A stretch of 64,000 bases of DNA from Sulfurimonas sp. (GTDB taxonomy: Bacteria; Campylobacterota; Campylobacteria; Campylobacterales; Sulfurimonadaceae). The position numbers and the translations under genes are program-made. Positions 1 to 10,118 of the stretch are shown here, in pieces (the first letter of the stretch is position 1; every line of letters begins with the position of its first letter). Below the pieces are notes generated by a model. That model was not told the origin of the DNA. It worked only from the letters and a program-made list of their open reading frames with translations, and made no database searches. The DNA lies in the NCBI RefSeq assembly GCF_028714655.1, contig NZ_JAQTLY010000013.1, forward strand, positions 1,906-65,905. Direction: 5' to 3'.

Positions 1-728
1 TTCGGTTCTGAATGAACTCTTGAAGCTATATGAATAGGCAGGGAGCCGTCAAAAAGAAGAGATGCTTCATAAAGCTCTTTGTAGCTAAGCCCGATGACGG
101 GATAAGCAGGAGGTCTGTCGATAGTGCCTAAATCAATTCTTGTGACATCCATTTTCAAAAGAGCCTTGTTGAGTTTTTCTATCTCCTCTTTTGTGTCGTT
201 AAGCCCATAAACAAAAAGTATCTCAATGAAGAGTTTGCCTTTAAAAATATGGCTAAATTCAATTACTTTTTGAACTATTTTTTCAATATCTATATTTGAG
301 TGCGGTCTGTCAATTCTTTTAAAAACGCTCTCGCTTACCGCATCAAGAGATAGTTTAACTTGGTCGAGTTTTAAGAGCGAGTTAAAAACTTTCTCATTAA
401 CTAAAGTCGAGCTGTTTGTTAAAATGAGAGTTTGAGCAGATGCCTTTATTTTGTTTAACTCATCGATGAGTTCATCTAAATACGGATAGAGAGTCGGTTC
501 TCCGTTTGCAGTTATAGTTATGACATCTATATGGTCGTTTAAATGTTCTTTGAGTTCATTGATGATTGCAGATACCGCTACTGTGCTTTTTTGCTCATCT
601 GTCGTCGCACTTGGAGCAAGCTCGCAATAGAGGCAGTCAAAATTGCACTGTTTTAGAACGGGGGAGAGGTCTATACCCAAAGAAGAACCGAATCTTCTTG
701 AGTTTATCGGTCCAAAAATAGTCTTCAC
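1..728 (-). CDS. Radical SAM protein (runs off the left edge; 3' end missing)
   Basis: GTG at 728 abuts the hemE stop; translation MKTIFGPINSRRFGSSLGIDLSPVLKQCNFDCLYCEL contains the CxxxCxxC radical-SAM motif. Not in the ORF track because it is truncated. Confidence 0.85.
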   Translation of the reverse strand, partial: MKTIFGPINSRRFGSSLGIDLSPVLKQCNFDCLYCELAPSATTDEQKSTVAVSAIINELKEHLNDHIDVITITANGEPTLYPYLDELIDELNKIKASAQTLILTNSSTLVNEKVFNSLLKLDQVKLSLDAVSESVFKRIDRPHSNIDIEKIVQKVIEFSHIFKGKLFIEILFVYGLNDTKEEIEKLNKALLKMDVTRIDLGTIDRPPAYPVIGLSYKELYEASLLFDGSLPIHIASRVHSEP

Positions 729-1760
729 TTATTTTTTGCTAACTCTATGACATTCAGAGATAAAATGTTTTGCATTTTCCACAGGTACATCAGGCAAAAT
801 TCCATGTCCTAGGTTAAATATATGTCTTTTCCCGCCCATGATATTTTGGAGTGCTTCTACGCACTGCGTCGTCGCTTCTTTGGAGTAGAGTCTGCACGGT
901 TCCATATTTCCTTGAAGAACATACTTGTCACCCAGTTTCTCTTTTGCTAGTCCCATAGGGGTTGACCAGTCCACGCCGAATACATCAAAGTTTCCGTACA
1001 CTTTGTCTAAAAATGCAGGTATGCCTTTTGGGAACATTATGATTGGAATATGCGGATATTTTGCTTTAAGATAATCGGCAATCTCCACCATGTATTTCCA
1101 AGAAAACTCATCGTATTTTGCAGGTTCAATTGCAGCAGCCCACGAGTCAAATATCTGAACGACATCAATCCCCGCTTTTATCTGTTTTTCCATATAAATT
1201 TTTACGACTTCTGTCACTTTTGCGAGTATTTTATGCAAAAGTTCAGGATTTGAGTACATCATCTTTTTGCAGATATTATATGTTTTTGTGCCTTCTCCCT
1301 CTATCATATATGTTGCAAGTGTCCACGGCGCACCTGTAAAACCGATTAGAGCTTTGTCATCTGCTAGTTGTTCTTTGATGATTTTTATCGTCTCATAAAC
1401 ATAAGTAAGTTTCGACGCTGCCTCTTCGCCGCCCAAAAGAGCATCCAAATCCGCCTCAGTTTTGACAGGCTTTTCAAAAACAGGTCCTTCTCCGACAAGA
1501 AAATCAAGCTTCATTCCCATCTCATTTGGAACAACCAAGATATCGCTAAATAAAATTGCTGCGTCAACACCGACGATATCGACAGGCTGAAGTGTAACCT
1601 CTGCGGCAAGTTTTGGATTGTGGCATAGATTTAAAAAGTTTCCGGCTTGTTTTCTTACTTCCATATATTCAGGAAGATAGCGACCTGCTTGCCTCATCAT
1701 CCAAACCGGAGTATATGGAGTCTCTTTGCCAAAGCATGCATCTACAAATATTTTACTCAT
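729..1760 (-). CDS. hemE: Uroporphyrinogen decarboxylase
   Basis: Motifs [37 protein letters not shown] and NLGHGI. Confidence 0.97.
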   Translation of the reverse strand: MSKIFVDACFGKETPYTPVWMMRQAGRYLPEYMEVRKQAGNFLNLCHNPKLAAEVTLQPVDIVGVDAAILFSDILVVPNEMGMKLDFLVGEGPVFEKPVKTEADLDALLGGEEAASKLTYVYETIKIIKEQLADDKALIGFTGAPWTLATYMIEGEGTKTYNICKKMMYSNPELLHKILAKVTEVVKIYMEKQIKAGIDVVQIFDSWAAAIEPAKYDEFSWKYMVEIADYLKAKYPHIPIIMFPKGIPAFLDKVYGNFDVFGVDWSTPMGLAKEKLGDKYVLQGNMEPCRLYSKEATTQCVEALQNIMGGKRHIFNLGHGILPDVPVENAKHFISECHRVSKK

Positions 1761-1799
1761 GTTTATCCTTAAAATAGTTCAATTTTTAAAATTTTTTAC

Positions 1800-2324
1800 T
1801 TAGTGTGCTTTTCCGACTTTGCTTAAAAAGAAAAGACCGACCGCAATAGCTGCAATAGAAAGAGCAAGATATAGTAGATCTAGTGCACTGGTATATGCAG
1901 TGTGTCCGACCTTTTGAAAAAATCCGACAACCAAGACCATAACTATTACTTTAGATATTTTATCTTTTAGCTGATCTAGCGAGTGTACTGCAAGGAGTTG
2001 ATTCTCTTTACCATCTTCATCTTTTGCAGGGTCAATCTCAGAGATAAAAAGTTCATATAGACCGAATGAAAATATTACCATAACTACACCGATTAGGTAC
2101 AAATCAACCGCACCTATAATTCCGCCGATAACCTCTTCGTGGAAATTTTCAGGATGAGCGTGTGCAAGATATGTGTTTATTACATAGACTGCAGTCTCAT
2201 ATACATCAAAACTGGCAACGACAAAGAGTAAGATGGCACCGATAAGACCAAAAATTACGGCAAGAATTATTACAAATCTTGAGCTCCACAGACCGCCTTC
2301 AAAAACCTCTTCCAACATATTCAT
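1800..2324 (-). CDS. YqhA/UPF0114 family membrane protein
   Basis: Four hydrophobic segments, DLYLIGVVMVIFSFGLYELFIS and SLDQLKDKI motifs; start placed at ATG 2324 (ATGA overlap with the asd stop); position after asd matches Campylobacter. Confidence 0.8.
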   Translation of the reverse strand: MNMLEEVFEGGLWSSRFVIILAVIFGLIGAILLFVVASFDVYETAVYVINTYLAHAHPENFHEEVIGGIIGAVDLYLIGVVMVIFSFGLYELFISEIDPAKDEDGKENQLLAVHSLDQLKDKISKVIVMVLVVGFFQKVGHTAYTSALDLLYLALSIAAIAVGLFFLSKVGKAH

Positions 2325-3355
2325 TTTTCTTCTTCCATCTCTGCCCATTTTTGAGCAATGCGAACCGCATTCGTAGCTGCCCCCACTCTTAGATTATCGG
2401 CAACAATGAACATATGAAGCATTGTTTTGTCAAAGTTGTCGACTCTTATTCTTCCGACAAATGTCTCATTTTTTTCCAATGCAAGTGACGGCATAGGATA
2501 GATTGACTCTTCGGGAGTATCGAGAATAACAATATTTGGAGCATTTTTTAAAATTTCTCTTGCCTTATCAACATCTACTTCACAAGCAAATTTAACACTA
2601 ATTGCTTCGGCGTGTCCTCTAAGTGTCGGTACGCGAACACATGTTGCACTTAGAGGAATTTCTTTGTGCATGATTTTAGTAGTTTCATTTACCATTTTCA
2701 TCTCCTCTTTTGTATAACCGTTGTCTAAAAACTTGTCTATTTGAGGGATAACATTGAGTGCGATTCTGTGTGCAAATGCTTTTACTTCCGCTTCATCAAG
2801 CTTAAAAGCAAAAAAGGATTGCATTTGAGCTACTAACTCTTCCATTGCAGTTTTTCCTGCGCCTGAAGTTGCTTGATAAGTGCTTACATCAACTCTTTGG
2901 ATATCATATGCATCATCAAGAGGTTTTAACGCTTGAACCATCTGAATAGTGGAGCAGTTAGGATTTGCTATGATTCCCGACTTTTTCCATTTTGATATAT
3001 CTTCGGGGTTTACTTCAGGCACTACAAGAGGAATATTTTCATCCATTCTAAAGTGAGATGTGTTGTCAATAACAACGGCACCGGCTTCAACCGCAAAAGA
3101 AGCAAATTTTGCACTTACACTTCCGCCTGCCGAAAAAAGAGCTATTTCTATATTCTCCTTTTCAAAAACATCTTCCGTAAGCTCTAAAATAAGGACTTCT
3201 TTGCCGTTATATTCAACTGCTTTTCCGACGCTTCTGGCACTTGCCAACGGTGTGAGTTTGCCGATTGGAAAGTTTACTTCTTCTAAAACCCTAAGCATCT
3301 CTTCTCCGACTGCTCCATTTGCTCCGACTACTGCTACATTATACTTCTTTGACAT
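2321..3355 (-). CDS. asd: Aspartate-semialdehyde dehydrogenase
   Basis: VAVVGANGAVG Rossmann motif, IANPNCSTIQ catalytic Cys, CVRVP and DNLRVGAATNA. Confidence 0.97.
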   Translation of the reverse strand: MSKKYNVAVVGANGAVGEEMLRVLEEVNFPIGKLTPLASARSVGKAVEYNGKEVLILELTEDVFEKENIEIALFSAGGSVSAKFASFAVEAGAVVIDNTSHFRMDENIPLVVPEVNPEDISKWKKSGIIANPNCSTIQMVQALKPLDDAYDIQRVDVSTYQATSGAGKTAMEELVAQMQSFFAFKLDEAEVKAFAHRIALNVIPQIDKFLDNGYTKEEMKMVNETTKIMHKEIPLSATCVRVPTLRGHAEAISVKFACEVDVDKAREILKNAPNIVILDTPEESIYPMPSLALEKNETFVGRIRVDNFDKTMLHMFIVADNLRVGAATNAVRIAQKWAEMEEEK

Positions 3356-3364
3356 TTTTACTCC

Positions 3365-4657
3365 TTATAGTTCATAAATTTTTATTTTTTTTGCTAAGTT
3401 TTCTTTGTTCATACCTAGCACTTCAGATGCTTTGTCAATATCACCGCCCTCGGAATTTAGGACTTTTTGTATAAGTTCTTTTTCCATAGTTGCGATATCT
3501 CTCTCTTTGGTCAATCCTCTATGTTCTAAAAATAGCTCATTGGGCGTTATTTTATCATTATCACTTAAGATAACCGCTCTCTCAACAACAGAGATGAGTT
3601 CTCTTATGTTTCCCGGCCAGCTATAAGATAAAAGCTGTTTTTGTGCATCATCTGAAAAACTTTTTAAAGTAAAACCGTATTTTTTACAATTTTGCTCTAA
3701 AACTTTTTGTGCAATTTGTAAAATCTCATCTTCTCTTTCTCTAAGAGGCGGAATGTTTAGAGGTATCGTATTTAGACGATAGTATAAATCTTCTCTAAAC
3801 TCACCGCTTTTTATCTTATCGGTTAAATTTGCGTTTGTCGCAGAAATAACTCTAATATCAATTTTTATGCTCTTAGCCGAACCAAGACGGCGTACCTCTT
3901 TTTCCTGAATTGCACGAAGCAGTTTAGCTTGAACGCTATAAGGCATTTCGCCGATTTCATCCAAAAAAAGCGTTCCGCCGTTTGCTAGTTCAAATTGTCC
4001 GACTTTGGCTTCGCCGGCATCGGTAAAAGCCCCTTTTTCAAATCCAAACAGCTCACTCTCGATGAGATTGTCCGGAATGGCTGCCATATTTATCGCAACA
4101 AAAGGCTTTTTTGCCCTAGGTGAGTTTTCATGTATAAAAGAGGCAAAAACTTCTTTGCCGACACCGCTCTCACCCAAGAGCAAAATACTCGCATCTGTTT
4201 TAGAAGCTTTTTTTGCAATGTTAAGAGTCGCCTCTAACGCTTTTGATGTGCCTAAAAAACCGCTTAAACTGCTTTTATCGCTGTTTTGCGTAAGAGTTTT
4301 TTTTACTTTTTGTATTTTATCTTCTCTTTTGATAGCGTTGATAAGAGTATCTACATCAAAAGGTTTTAGCAAAAAGTCTTTTACTCCGAGATGAATCGAC
4401 TCTATAGCTCTTTGCAGAGTTGCATTTCCGGTCATTATGATAATTTCGAATTTGCCTTTTAGCGCTTTTACAAACTCTATGCCGTCCATTCCAGGCATAT
4501 TTATATCCGTAATAATCAAATCAAAACTATCGTCAATGCTCTTTAGTGCATCTTTTGCATTTTTGAATGTTTTTACTTCAAACTCTTTATAGTCGCTCAT
4601 TGCGATTTCAAGAGATTTTCTCATATTGATATCATCTTCAACTATTGCAATTTTCAC
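3365..4657 (-). CDS. flgR: Sigma54-dependent response regulator (receiver-AAA+-HTH), FlgR type
   Basis: Receiver domain (IVEDD, ITDINMP), Walker A GESGVGKE, GAFTDA variant of GAFTGA as in Campylobacter/Helicobacter FlgR, WPGNIREL; lies between flgQ and asd. Confidence 0.85.
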   Translation of the reverse strand: MKIAIVEDDINMRKSLEIAMSDYKEFEVKTFKNAKDALKSIDDSFDLIITDINMPGMDGIEFVKALKGKFEIIIMTGNATLQRAIESIHLGVKDFLLKPFDVDTLINAIKREDKIQKVKKTLTQNSDKSSLSGFLGTSKALEATLNIAKKASKTDASILLLGESGVGKEVFASFIHENSPRAKKPFVAINMAAIPDNLIESELFGFEKGAFTDAGEAKVGQFELANGGTLFLDEIGEMPYSVQAKLLRAIQEKEVRRLGSAKSIKIDIRVISATNANLTDKIKSGEFREDLYYRLNTIPLNIPPLREREDEILQIAQKVLEQNCKKYGFTLKSFSDDAQKQLLSYSWPGNIRELISVVERAVILSDNDKITPNELFLEHRGLTKERDIATMEKELIQKVLNSEGGDIDKASEVLGMNKENLAKKIKIYEL

Positions 4658-4687
4658 GAAGAGCCTTAGAATTTGGGTATCTAAACA

Positions 4688-5101
4688 TCATTTTAAAGGT
4701 GCGATTTTAACAAAATTATCATTAAAATCGACTTTGAAGCAAGTTGTTTTAAGTACTAGAGTTGTTCTTGAAGAGTTTTGTAAATTTGCGGTTGTCTCTT
4801 TATGCTCTATATTAAGTCCAAGTTTGTGTATAAAGCCGATAAACTCCTCTGAATTTTCAGATATAATTTTTTTTAAATCTTTGCCATCACTCTTGCTAAA
4901 AACCAACTCATCATACGGCTTGCCGTGGCATTTTGTCATAGCTTCCGAGATAAGCAGTGTTTCATTGTAAAGCATAATATCTTCAATTATATATTTGTAG
5001 GAGATAAGATACTCGCTTGCATGGAGGAGTGTAAGCGAGTTAAAGACTATTATTGAGCAAAGTCTGAGTGAGAAATCATTATTTCCATCTCTACTTCGCA
5101 T
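4688..5101 (-). CDS. FlgQ-like hypothetical protein (start uncertain; 4975 is the shorter alternative)
   Basis: Position between the flgP-like gene and flgR matches C. jejuni flgQ; hydrophobic stretch ending LLHA-SEY looks like a signal peptide. Confidence 0.5.
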   Translation of the reverse strand: MRSRDGNNDFSLRLCSIIVFNSLTLLHASEYLISYKYIIEDIMLYNETLLISEAMTKCHGKPYDELVFSKSDGKDLKKIISENSEEFIGFIHKLGLNIEHKETTANLQNSSRTTLVLKTTCFKVDFNDNFVKIAPLK

Positions 5102-5571
5102 AATCCCTCTTTAAAAGTTGTTTCAACAATATTTGCATTTTTTACCATAGCCTGAACATAAGTTCGTACCGTTGATTTTTGAATCATCATATTTTTGATT
5201 GTGTCTTGTCCATCGATACGAACGCCTTTAACTTTCTCTGCTATTGCTCTGTATGCATCTGCGATTGCCGCTCTTTTTGCAAGTGCATAAGCTTGAGCAG
5301 GAGAAGCAGTATTCATAGGTGCAACACCTTGTCCGACAACTGAAATATGCATAGAACTATTTTTTTTCAAAAGTTCTTCTTGAGCTTTTATTGAAGCAAA
5401 TGCTTCTTCGTTTTGGGCTTTTGACTGGGCAAGTTCCTCTCTTATTTGAGCTGCCTCATTTCTTATTTTTTTAAGCTCGGCATTTGTTTGTTCTACGGTA
5501 GTAGCATCTCGCTCTGATGCAAAAAGTGATGAAACACTTAAAAGCAGTGCAAGCAGTACGGAATATCTCAT
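5050..5571 (-). CDS. flgP: FlgP-like LPP20-domain flagellar motor accessory protein
   Basis: LPP20 core (VVGQGVAP...AKRAAIADAYRAIAEKVKGVRI); directly downstream of gyrA as in C. jejuni; sigma54 promoter upstream. Confidence 0.65.
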   Translation of the reverse strand: MRYSVLLALLLSVSSLFASERDATTVEQTNAELKKIRNEAAQIREELAQSKAQNEEAFASIKAQEELLKKNSSMHISVVGQGVAPMNTASPAQAYALAKRAAIADAYRAIAEKVKGVRIDGQDTIKNMMIQKSTVRTYVQAMVKNANIVETTFKEGLCEVEMEIMISHSDFAQ

Positions 5572-5606
5572 TGTCTGTCCCTTAACATGATTTTATTAAC
5601 TAGTTT

Positions 5607-5624
5607 AAGCAACTATTATTCCAA
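5607..5624 (-). promoter_or_regulatory. Sigma54 (-24/-12) promoter for flgP, overlapping the gyrA stop
   Basis: Minus strand reads TTGGAATAATAGTTGCTT, an exact GG-N10-GC in the TTGGAA...TGCTT form; about 35 nt upstream of the flgP ATG. Confidence 0.7.
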
Positions 5625-8099
5625 CTCATTTGATTCAAAAAGAGAATCGTCATCTTCTTCATCTTCGGTTGGTTGTTTCGGACAACGAGAAACACTTGCT
5701 ACATCGTCCCCTTTTACTATGTAAACACCGCTTGTGTTTCTGCTTGATTTTGAGATTGTTTGCATATCTACTCTTATCATTTTTCCGGCTTTTGTAAGTG
5801 CCATCATATCCATGCTCTCATCGACCATCAGACATCCGACGACATATTTTCCGGTTTTTGCGGTCATTTTCATAGCAATTACACCTGAACCGCCACGATT
5901 TGTCAAACGATATTCACCGGCATCAGTTCGTTTTCCGATACCCTTTTCGCTTACTACTAAAATCTCCTGCTCATCGTTAGCGATAATATCCGCATCCACA
6001 ACTACATCATCTGCATGTTTAAACTTGATACCTCTGACACCTCTTGTATTTCTACCTTGATCACGAGTTTTTTCCATGTCAAATTTGATGCATTGAGACA
6101 TTTTAGTCATTATAAAGAGATATTTTATACTCTGATCTGCAATTTTTGCAGTTATGATAGAGTCATCATCATCAAGACTGATAGCTCTAACACCGTTGCT
6201 TCTAATATTTGCAAATTCACTTAAGTTTGTTCTCTTTACAACACCTTTTTTAGTGAAGAATACCAGAGATTTCTCTTCACTGAAGTCAGTTGTCGGATTT
6301 ATTGATTGGATTTGTTCATCTGCAACAAGGTTAAGCAGGTTTACGACTGCTTTACCCTTGGCTATTCTGCTTCCCTCAGGAATCTTATAAACTTTTAGCC
6401 AGTGAAGCTGTCCGCGGTCGGTTACAAAAAGAAGTGTATCATGCGTGTTGCATGTAAAGAATCTCTCTATAAAGTCATCTTCATAGGTTGTGACGGCAAT
6501 TTTTCCTTTACCGCCTCTTTTTTGTTTCTCATACTGTACGAGAGGAACTCTTTTGATGTAGCCTCTGTGAGTAATAGTTACGACCATTGGCTCGTTAGGG
6601 ATGAGATCTTCAACATCAATATCGTCATAATCGTCTTCAATTTCCGTTCTTCTTCCATCTGTATATATAGATAGAATTTCGTCAAATTCTTGATCTATGA
6701 TACCATGAAGTATCTCTTCGCTTTTTAGTATAGATTCTAGGTAAGTAATGAGTTCAAGAAGCTCACGCAGTTCATTCTCTATTTTCTCGCGTTCTAGTCC
6801 TGTAAGTCTTCCAAGGCGCATATCCACGATACTTTGCGCTTGTAACATGCTAAAATCAAACTCAGAAATCAGATTGTCTCTTGCTTCTTCAATATTTTTA
6901 CTGGATTTTATCACTCTGATGATTTCATCGATAATATCAAGAGCTTTTTTTAGACCTTCTAAGATATGCGCTCTGGCTTTTGCTTTTTCAAGGTCAAAGA
7001 TTGTGCGGCGGATAATAATTGTTTTACGGTGATTGATAAAGTGTTTTAGAATGTCGATTATTCCAAAAATTCTCGGTTCTTGATTTAAAATAGAGAGCAT
7101 AATAATACCAAAAGTAGTCTGCATGCTGGTTTGTTTGAAAAGATTGTTTAAAACTATTTCGCTCATTGCATCTTTTTTTAGTTCAATTACGACACGGATA
7201 CCGTCACGGTCGGATTCATCGCGAATCTCAGAAATACCGTCTATCATTTTATCTTTTACTAAATCCGCAATATTTTCAATCAGACGAGCTTTGTTCACTT
7301 GATACGGCAACTCGTCGATTACGATAACATCTTTGTTGCCTTTTTTCTCTATATGGGTTTTTGCACGAACTTTTATACGACCGCGACCGGTTGCATATGC
7401 ATCCATAATTCCTTTTTTGCCGAATATTGTTCCGCCTGTCGGGAAATCAGGTGCTTTTATATGCTCCATAAGTTCAAAAAGCTCTATGTTTGGATTTGCT
7501 AAAAGTGCTTTTAAACCGTTCATAATTTCTGCAGGATTGTGAGGTGGAATATTTGTTGCCATACCGACCGCAATACCCGATGAGCCGTTTATAAGAAGAT
7601 TTGGTACGCGAGTAGGCATAACATCCGGCTCTTTTGTAGTGCCGTCGTAGTTGTCTATCATATTAACCGTATTCTTTTCTAAATCTTTTAAAAGTTCTCC
7701 GGCATATTTTGTCATTCTTGCTTCGGTATAACGCATAGCAGCAGCGCTGTCTCCGTCTACCGAACCAAAGTTTCCTTGCCCGTCTACCAGCTGCATTCTC
7801 ATTGAGAAGTGTTGAGCCATACGAACAAGTGCATCGTAAACGGCCGTGTCACCGTGCGGGTGGTATTGACCGATAACATCACCGACTATACGAGCTGATT
7901 TTTTAAATTTTGACCCATGGGAAAGACTTAGTTTGTCCATAGCGTAAAGAATTCTTCTGTGAACGGGTTTAAGTCCGTCGCGAACATCAGGCAGTGCACG
8001 CCCCACGATTACGCTCATAGAGTAATCAAGGTAGCTGTTTTGAAGAGACTCTTCAATATTTATAGTTTGTATATTATCGTTGTTTAGCAGATTGCCCAT
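5616..8099 (-). CDS. gyrA: DNA gyrase subunit A
   Basis: [44 protein letters not shown] (catalytic Tyr) and GyrA box QKRGGKG; start at ATG 8099 behind an AGGTG RBS. Confidence 0.98.
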   Translation of the reverse strand: MGNLLNNDNIQTINIEESLQNSYLDYSMSVIVGRALPDVRDGLKPVHRRILYAMDKLSLSHGSKFKKSARIVGDVIGQYHPHGDTAVYDALVRMAQHFSMRMQLVDGQGNFGSVDGDSAAAMRYTEARMTKYAGELLKDLEKNTVNMIDNYDGTTKEPDVMPTRVPNLLINGSSGIAVGMATNIPPHNPAEIMNGLKALLANPNIELFELMEHIKAPDFPTGGTIFGKKGIMDAYATGRGRIKVRAKTHIEKKGNKDVIVIDELPYQVNKARLIENIADLVKDKMIDGISEIRDESDRDGIRVVIELKKDAMSEIVLNNLFKQTSMQTTFGIIMLSILNQEPRIFGIIDILKHFINHRKTIIIRRTIFDLEKAKARAHILEGLKKALDIIDEIIRVIKSSKNIEEARDNLISEFDFSMLQAQSIVDMRLGRLTGLEREKIENELRELLELITYLESILKSEEILHGIIDQEFDEILSIYTDGRRTEIEDDYDDIDVEDLIPNEPMVVTITHRGYIKRVPLVQYEKQKRGGKGKIAVTTYEDDFIERFFTCNTHDTLLFVTDRGQLHWLKVYKIPEGSRIAKGKAVVNLLNLVADEQIQSINPTTDFSEEKSLVFFTKKGVVKRTNLSEFANIRSNGVRAISLDDDDSIITAKIADQSIKYLFIMTKMSQCIKFDMEKTRDQGRNTRGVRGIKFKHADDVVVDADIIANDEQEILVVSEKGIGKRTDAGEYRLTNRGGSGVIAMKMTAKTGKYVVGCLMVDESMDMMALTKAGKMIRVDMQTISKSSRNTSGVYIVKGDDVASVSRCPKQPTEDEEDDDSLFESNELE

Positions 8100-8225
8100 A
8101 TATAACACCTAATAGAAAATAAAATTTTTCGATGATATCCAAAAACGCCTTAAGCTTTATGGAAACGGCTAAAAAAAAGACAATTTTGCTTATACTTACC
8201 TCGAAAAATTATATTGAGACACCCT

Positions 8226-8242
8226 TGATTAAAAATTAATCA
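8226..8242. promoter_or_regulatory. Palindromic candidate operator upstream of amtB-glnK
   Basis: TGATTAA-AAA-TTAATCA perfect 7-3-7 inverted repeat; TATAAT at 8274-8279. Confidence 0.6.
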
Positions 8243-8310
8243 TTTTTTTGCCCTGTAATATATTTTTTGGATATATAATTTTGAATAGATTGGTTATAAA
8301 AGGATGAAAG

Positions 8311-9564
8311 ATGAAGAGGTTTTTACTTAGTTTGTTGGCTCTACCGTCTTTGGCGTTTGCTGAAGATTCGCTAAGTAGCGGCAATACCGCTTGGATGCTT
8401 GTTGCTACCGCTTTTGTTATGCTTATGACTCCTGCCGGGCTAGCACTGTTTTACGGAGGTTTAACTCGTAGTAAAAATGTGCTAAATACTATAGGTATGA
8501 GTTTAGGCGCTTACGCAGTCGGCACTTTGGTATGGGTTTTGGTCGGTTACTCTATAGCGTTCGGGGACGGAGATATTATAGGAAGCGGCAAGGTTTTACT
8601 TTCCGGAATAACATCGGATACTTTAAAGGGAACTATCCCTGAACTTTTGTTTGTAACATTTCAGGGAACTTTTGCGGCTATCGCGGTTGCAATTGCGAGC
8701 GGTTCTATGATTGAGAGGGTTAAGTTTTCTACATATATGATTTTTGCGGCTTTGTGGATTGTTGCGGTTTATGCACCGGTAGCACACTGGGCTTGGGGTG
8801 GGGGTTCATCGCTTAACTTTGGAGAGATGGACTTTGCAGGCGGAACGGTTGTTCACTTAAATGCAGGTATAGCAGGTTTTGTGGTTGCGATGATAATTGG
8901 CCGCAGAAGAGATTACGGCAAAGCGGCAATCAAACCGTTTTCGCCTGTGTTGGTTTCACTCGGTGCGGCGCTTTTATGGTTTGGCTGGTTCGGGTTTAAT
9001 GCAGGTTCGGCATTGGCTGCGGACGGTATAGCTTCATCTACATTTTTAGTTACAAATATTGCCGCATCTCTGGGTGTAATCGGTTGGATTATGGTAGAGT
9101 GGTTTGTTTATAAAAAAGCGACGATTATAGGCGGAGCTTCGGGAGCAGTTGCAGGGTTGGTTGCTATTACTCCTGCATCAGGAACTGCCGGTGTCGAGGG
9201 TGCGATTATAATTGGTTTAATCGGCGGAGCTTTAGGTTTTATCGGTGTGGCAAAACTAAAAACTATGTTTAAAGTAGATGATTCATTGGATGCGTTTTGG
9301 ATCCACGGTTTGGTAGGAATCTGGGGTTCGATTGCAACTGCAATATTTATTGCGCCTTATGCTATGATAGAGAACTACAGTATGGCTTCCCAGTTGGCAA
9401 GTCAGCTAAAAGCAATCGGATTAACAACTGTTTATAGTGCTGTTGCGACTGCAGTTGTTTATTTTATAGCTTCAGCAATAACAGGCGGCGGCAGAGTTGA
9501 CGATGAGAGCGAAAACAGAGGTCTTGACGAAACAATTCACGGTGAAAAAGCAATAAATCTGTAG
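8311..9564 (+). CDS. amtB: Ammonium transporter AmtB
   Basis: Signal peptide, LMTPAGLALFYGG, DFAGGTVVH and LWFGWFGFNAGS; twin His present (VVH, FWIHG). Confidence 0.95.
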   Translation: MKRFLLSLLALPSLAFAEDSLSSGNTAWMLVATAFVMLMTPAGLALFYGGLTRSKNVLNTIGMSLGAYAVGTLVWVLVGYSIAFGDGDIIGSGKVLLSGITSDTLKGTIPELLFVTFQGTFAAIAVAIASGSMIERVKFSTYMIFAALWIVAVYAPVAHWAWGGGSSLNFGEMDFAGGTVVHLNAGIAGFVVAMIIGRRRDYGKAAIKPFSPVLVSLGAALLWFGWFGFNAGSALAADGIASSTFLVTNIAASLGVIGWIMVEWFVYKKATIIGGASGAVAGLVAITPASGTAGVEGAIIIGLIGGALGFIGVAKLKTMFKVDDSLDAFWIHGLVGIWGSIATAIFIAPYAMIENYSMASQLASQLKAIGLTTVYSAVATAVVYFIASAITGGGRVDDESENRGLDETIHGEKAINL

Positions 9565-9606
9565 TATTGCTTAAAAGCACAAAAATGGTTACAATTTTAA
9601 ACTTAA

Positions 9607-9960
<354 letters not shown>

Positions 9961-9976
9961 TAATTTAACTTTTTTG

Positions 9977-10005
9977 TTCTCTATATCTAAAAAAGATATA
10001 GAGAA
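9977..10005. terminator. Hairpin / probable intrinsic terminator after glnK
   Basis: TTCTCTATATCT-AAAAA-AGATATAGAGAA, a 12-bp perfect stem; the downstream U tract is weak. Confidence 0.55.
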
Positions 10006-10034
10006 TCGACTTATACATTAAAAAATCCTCAAAC

Positions 10035-10051
10035 TGATTAAAATTTAATCA
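10035..10051. promoter_or_regulatory. Second copy of the palindromic candidate operator, upstream of the second amt gene
   Basis: TGATTAA-AAT-TTAATCA; TATAAT at 10082-10087. Confidence 0.6.
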
Positions 10052-10118
10052 ATTAAAAAAAACATTGCTTAATTTCTAAGATATAATCTTTCCTTTATTT
10101 TTCAAAAGGATCTCCTAC

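Noticed and set aside
3385-4304. A8 tracts in flgR (3385-3392 and 4297-4304) as phase-variation sites, as reported for C. jejuni flgR
   Set aside because: A/T runs of 7-8 are common throughout this AT-rich window and the frame is intact; the sequence alone gives no evidence of switching.
8109-8310. Riboswitch or ncRNA in the gyrA-amtB gap or other intergenic regions
   Set aside because: No recognisable conserved RNA motif or extended structure beyond the listed palindromes and terminators; an Infernal/Rfam scan would be needed to exclude one.
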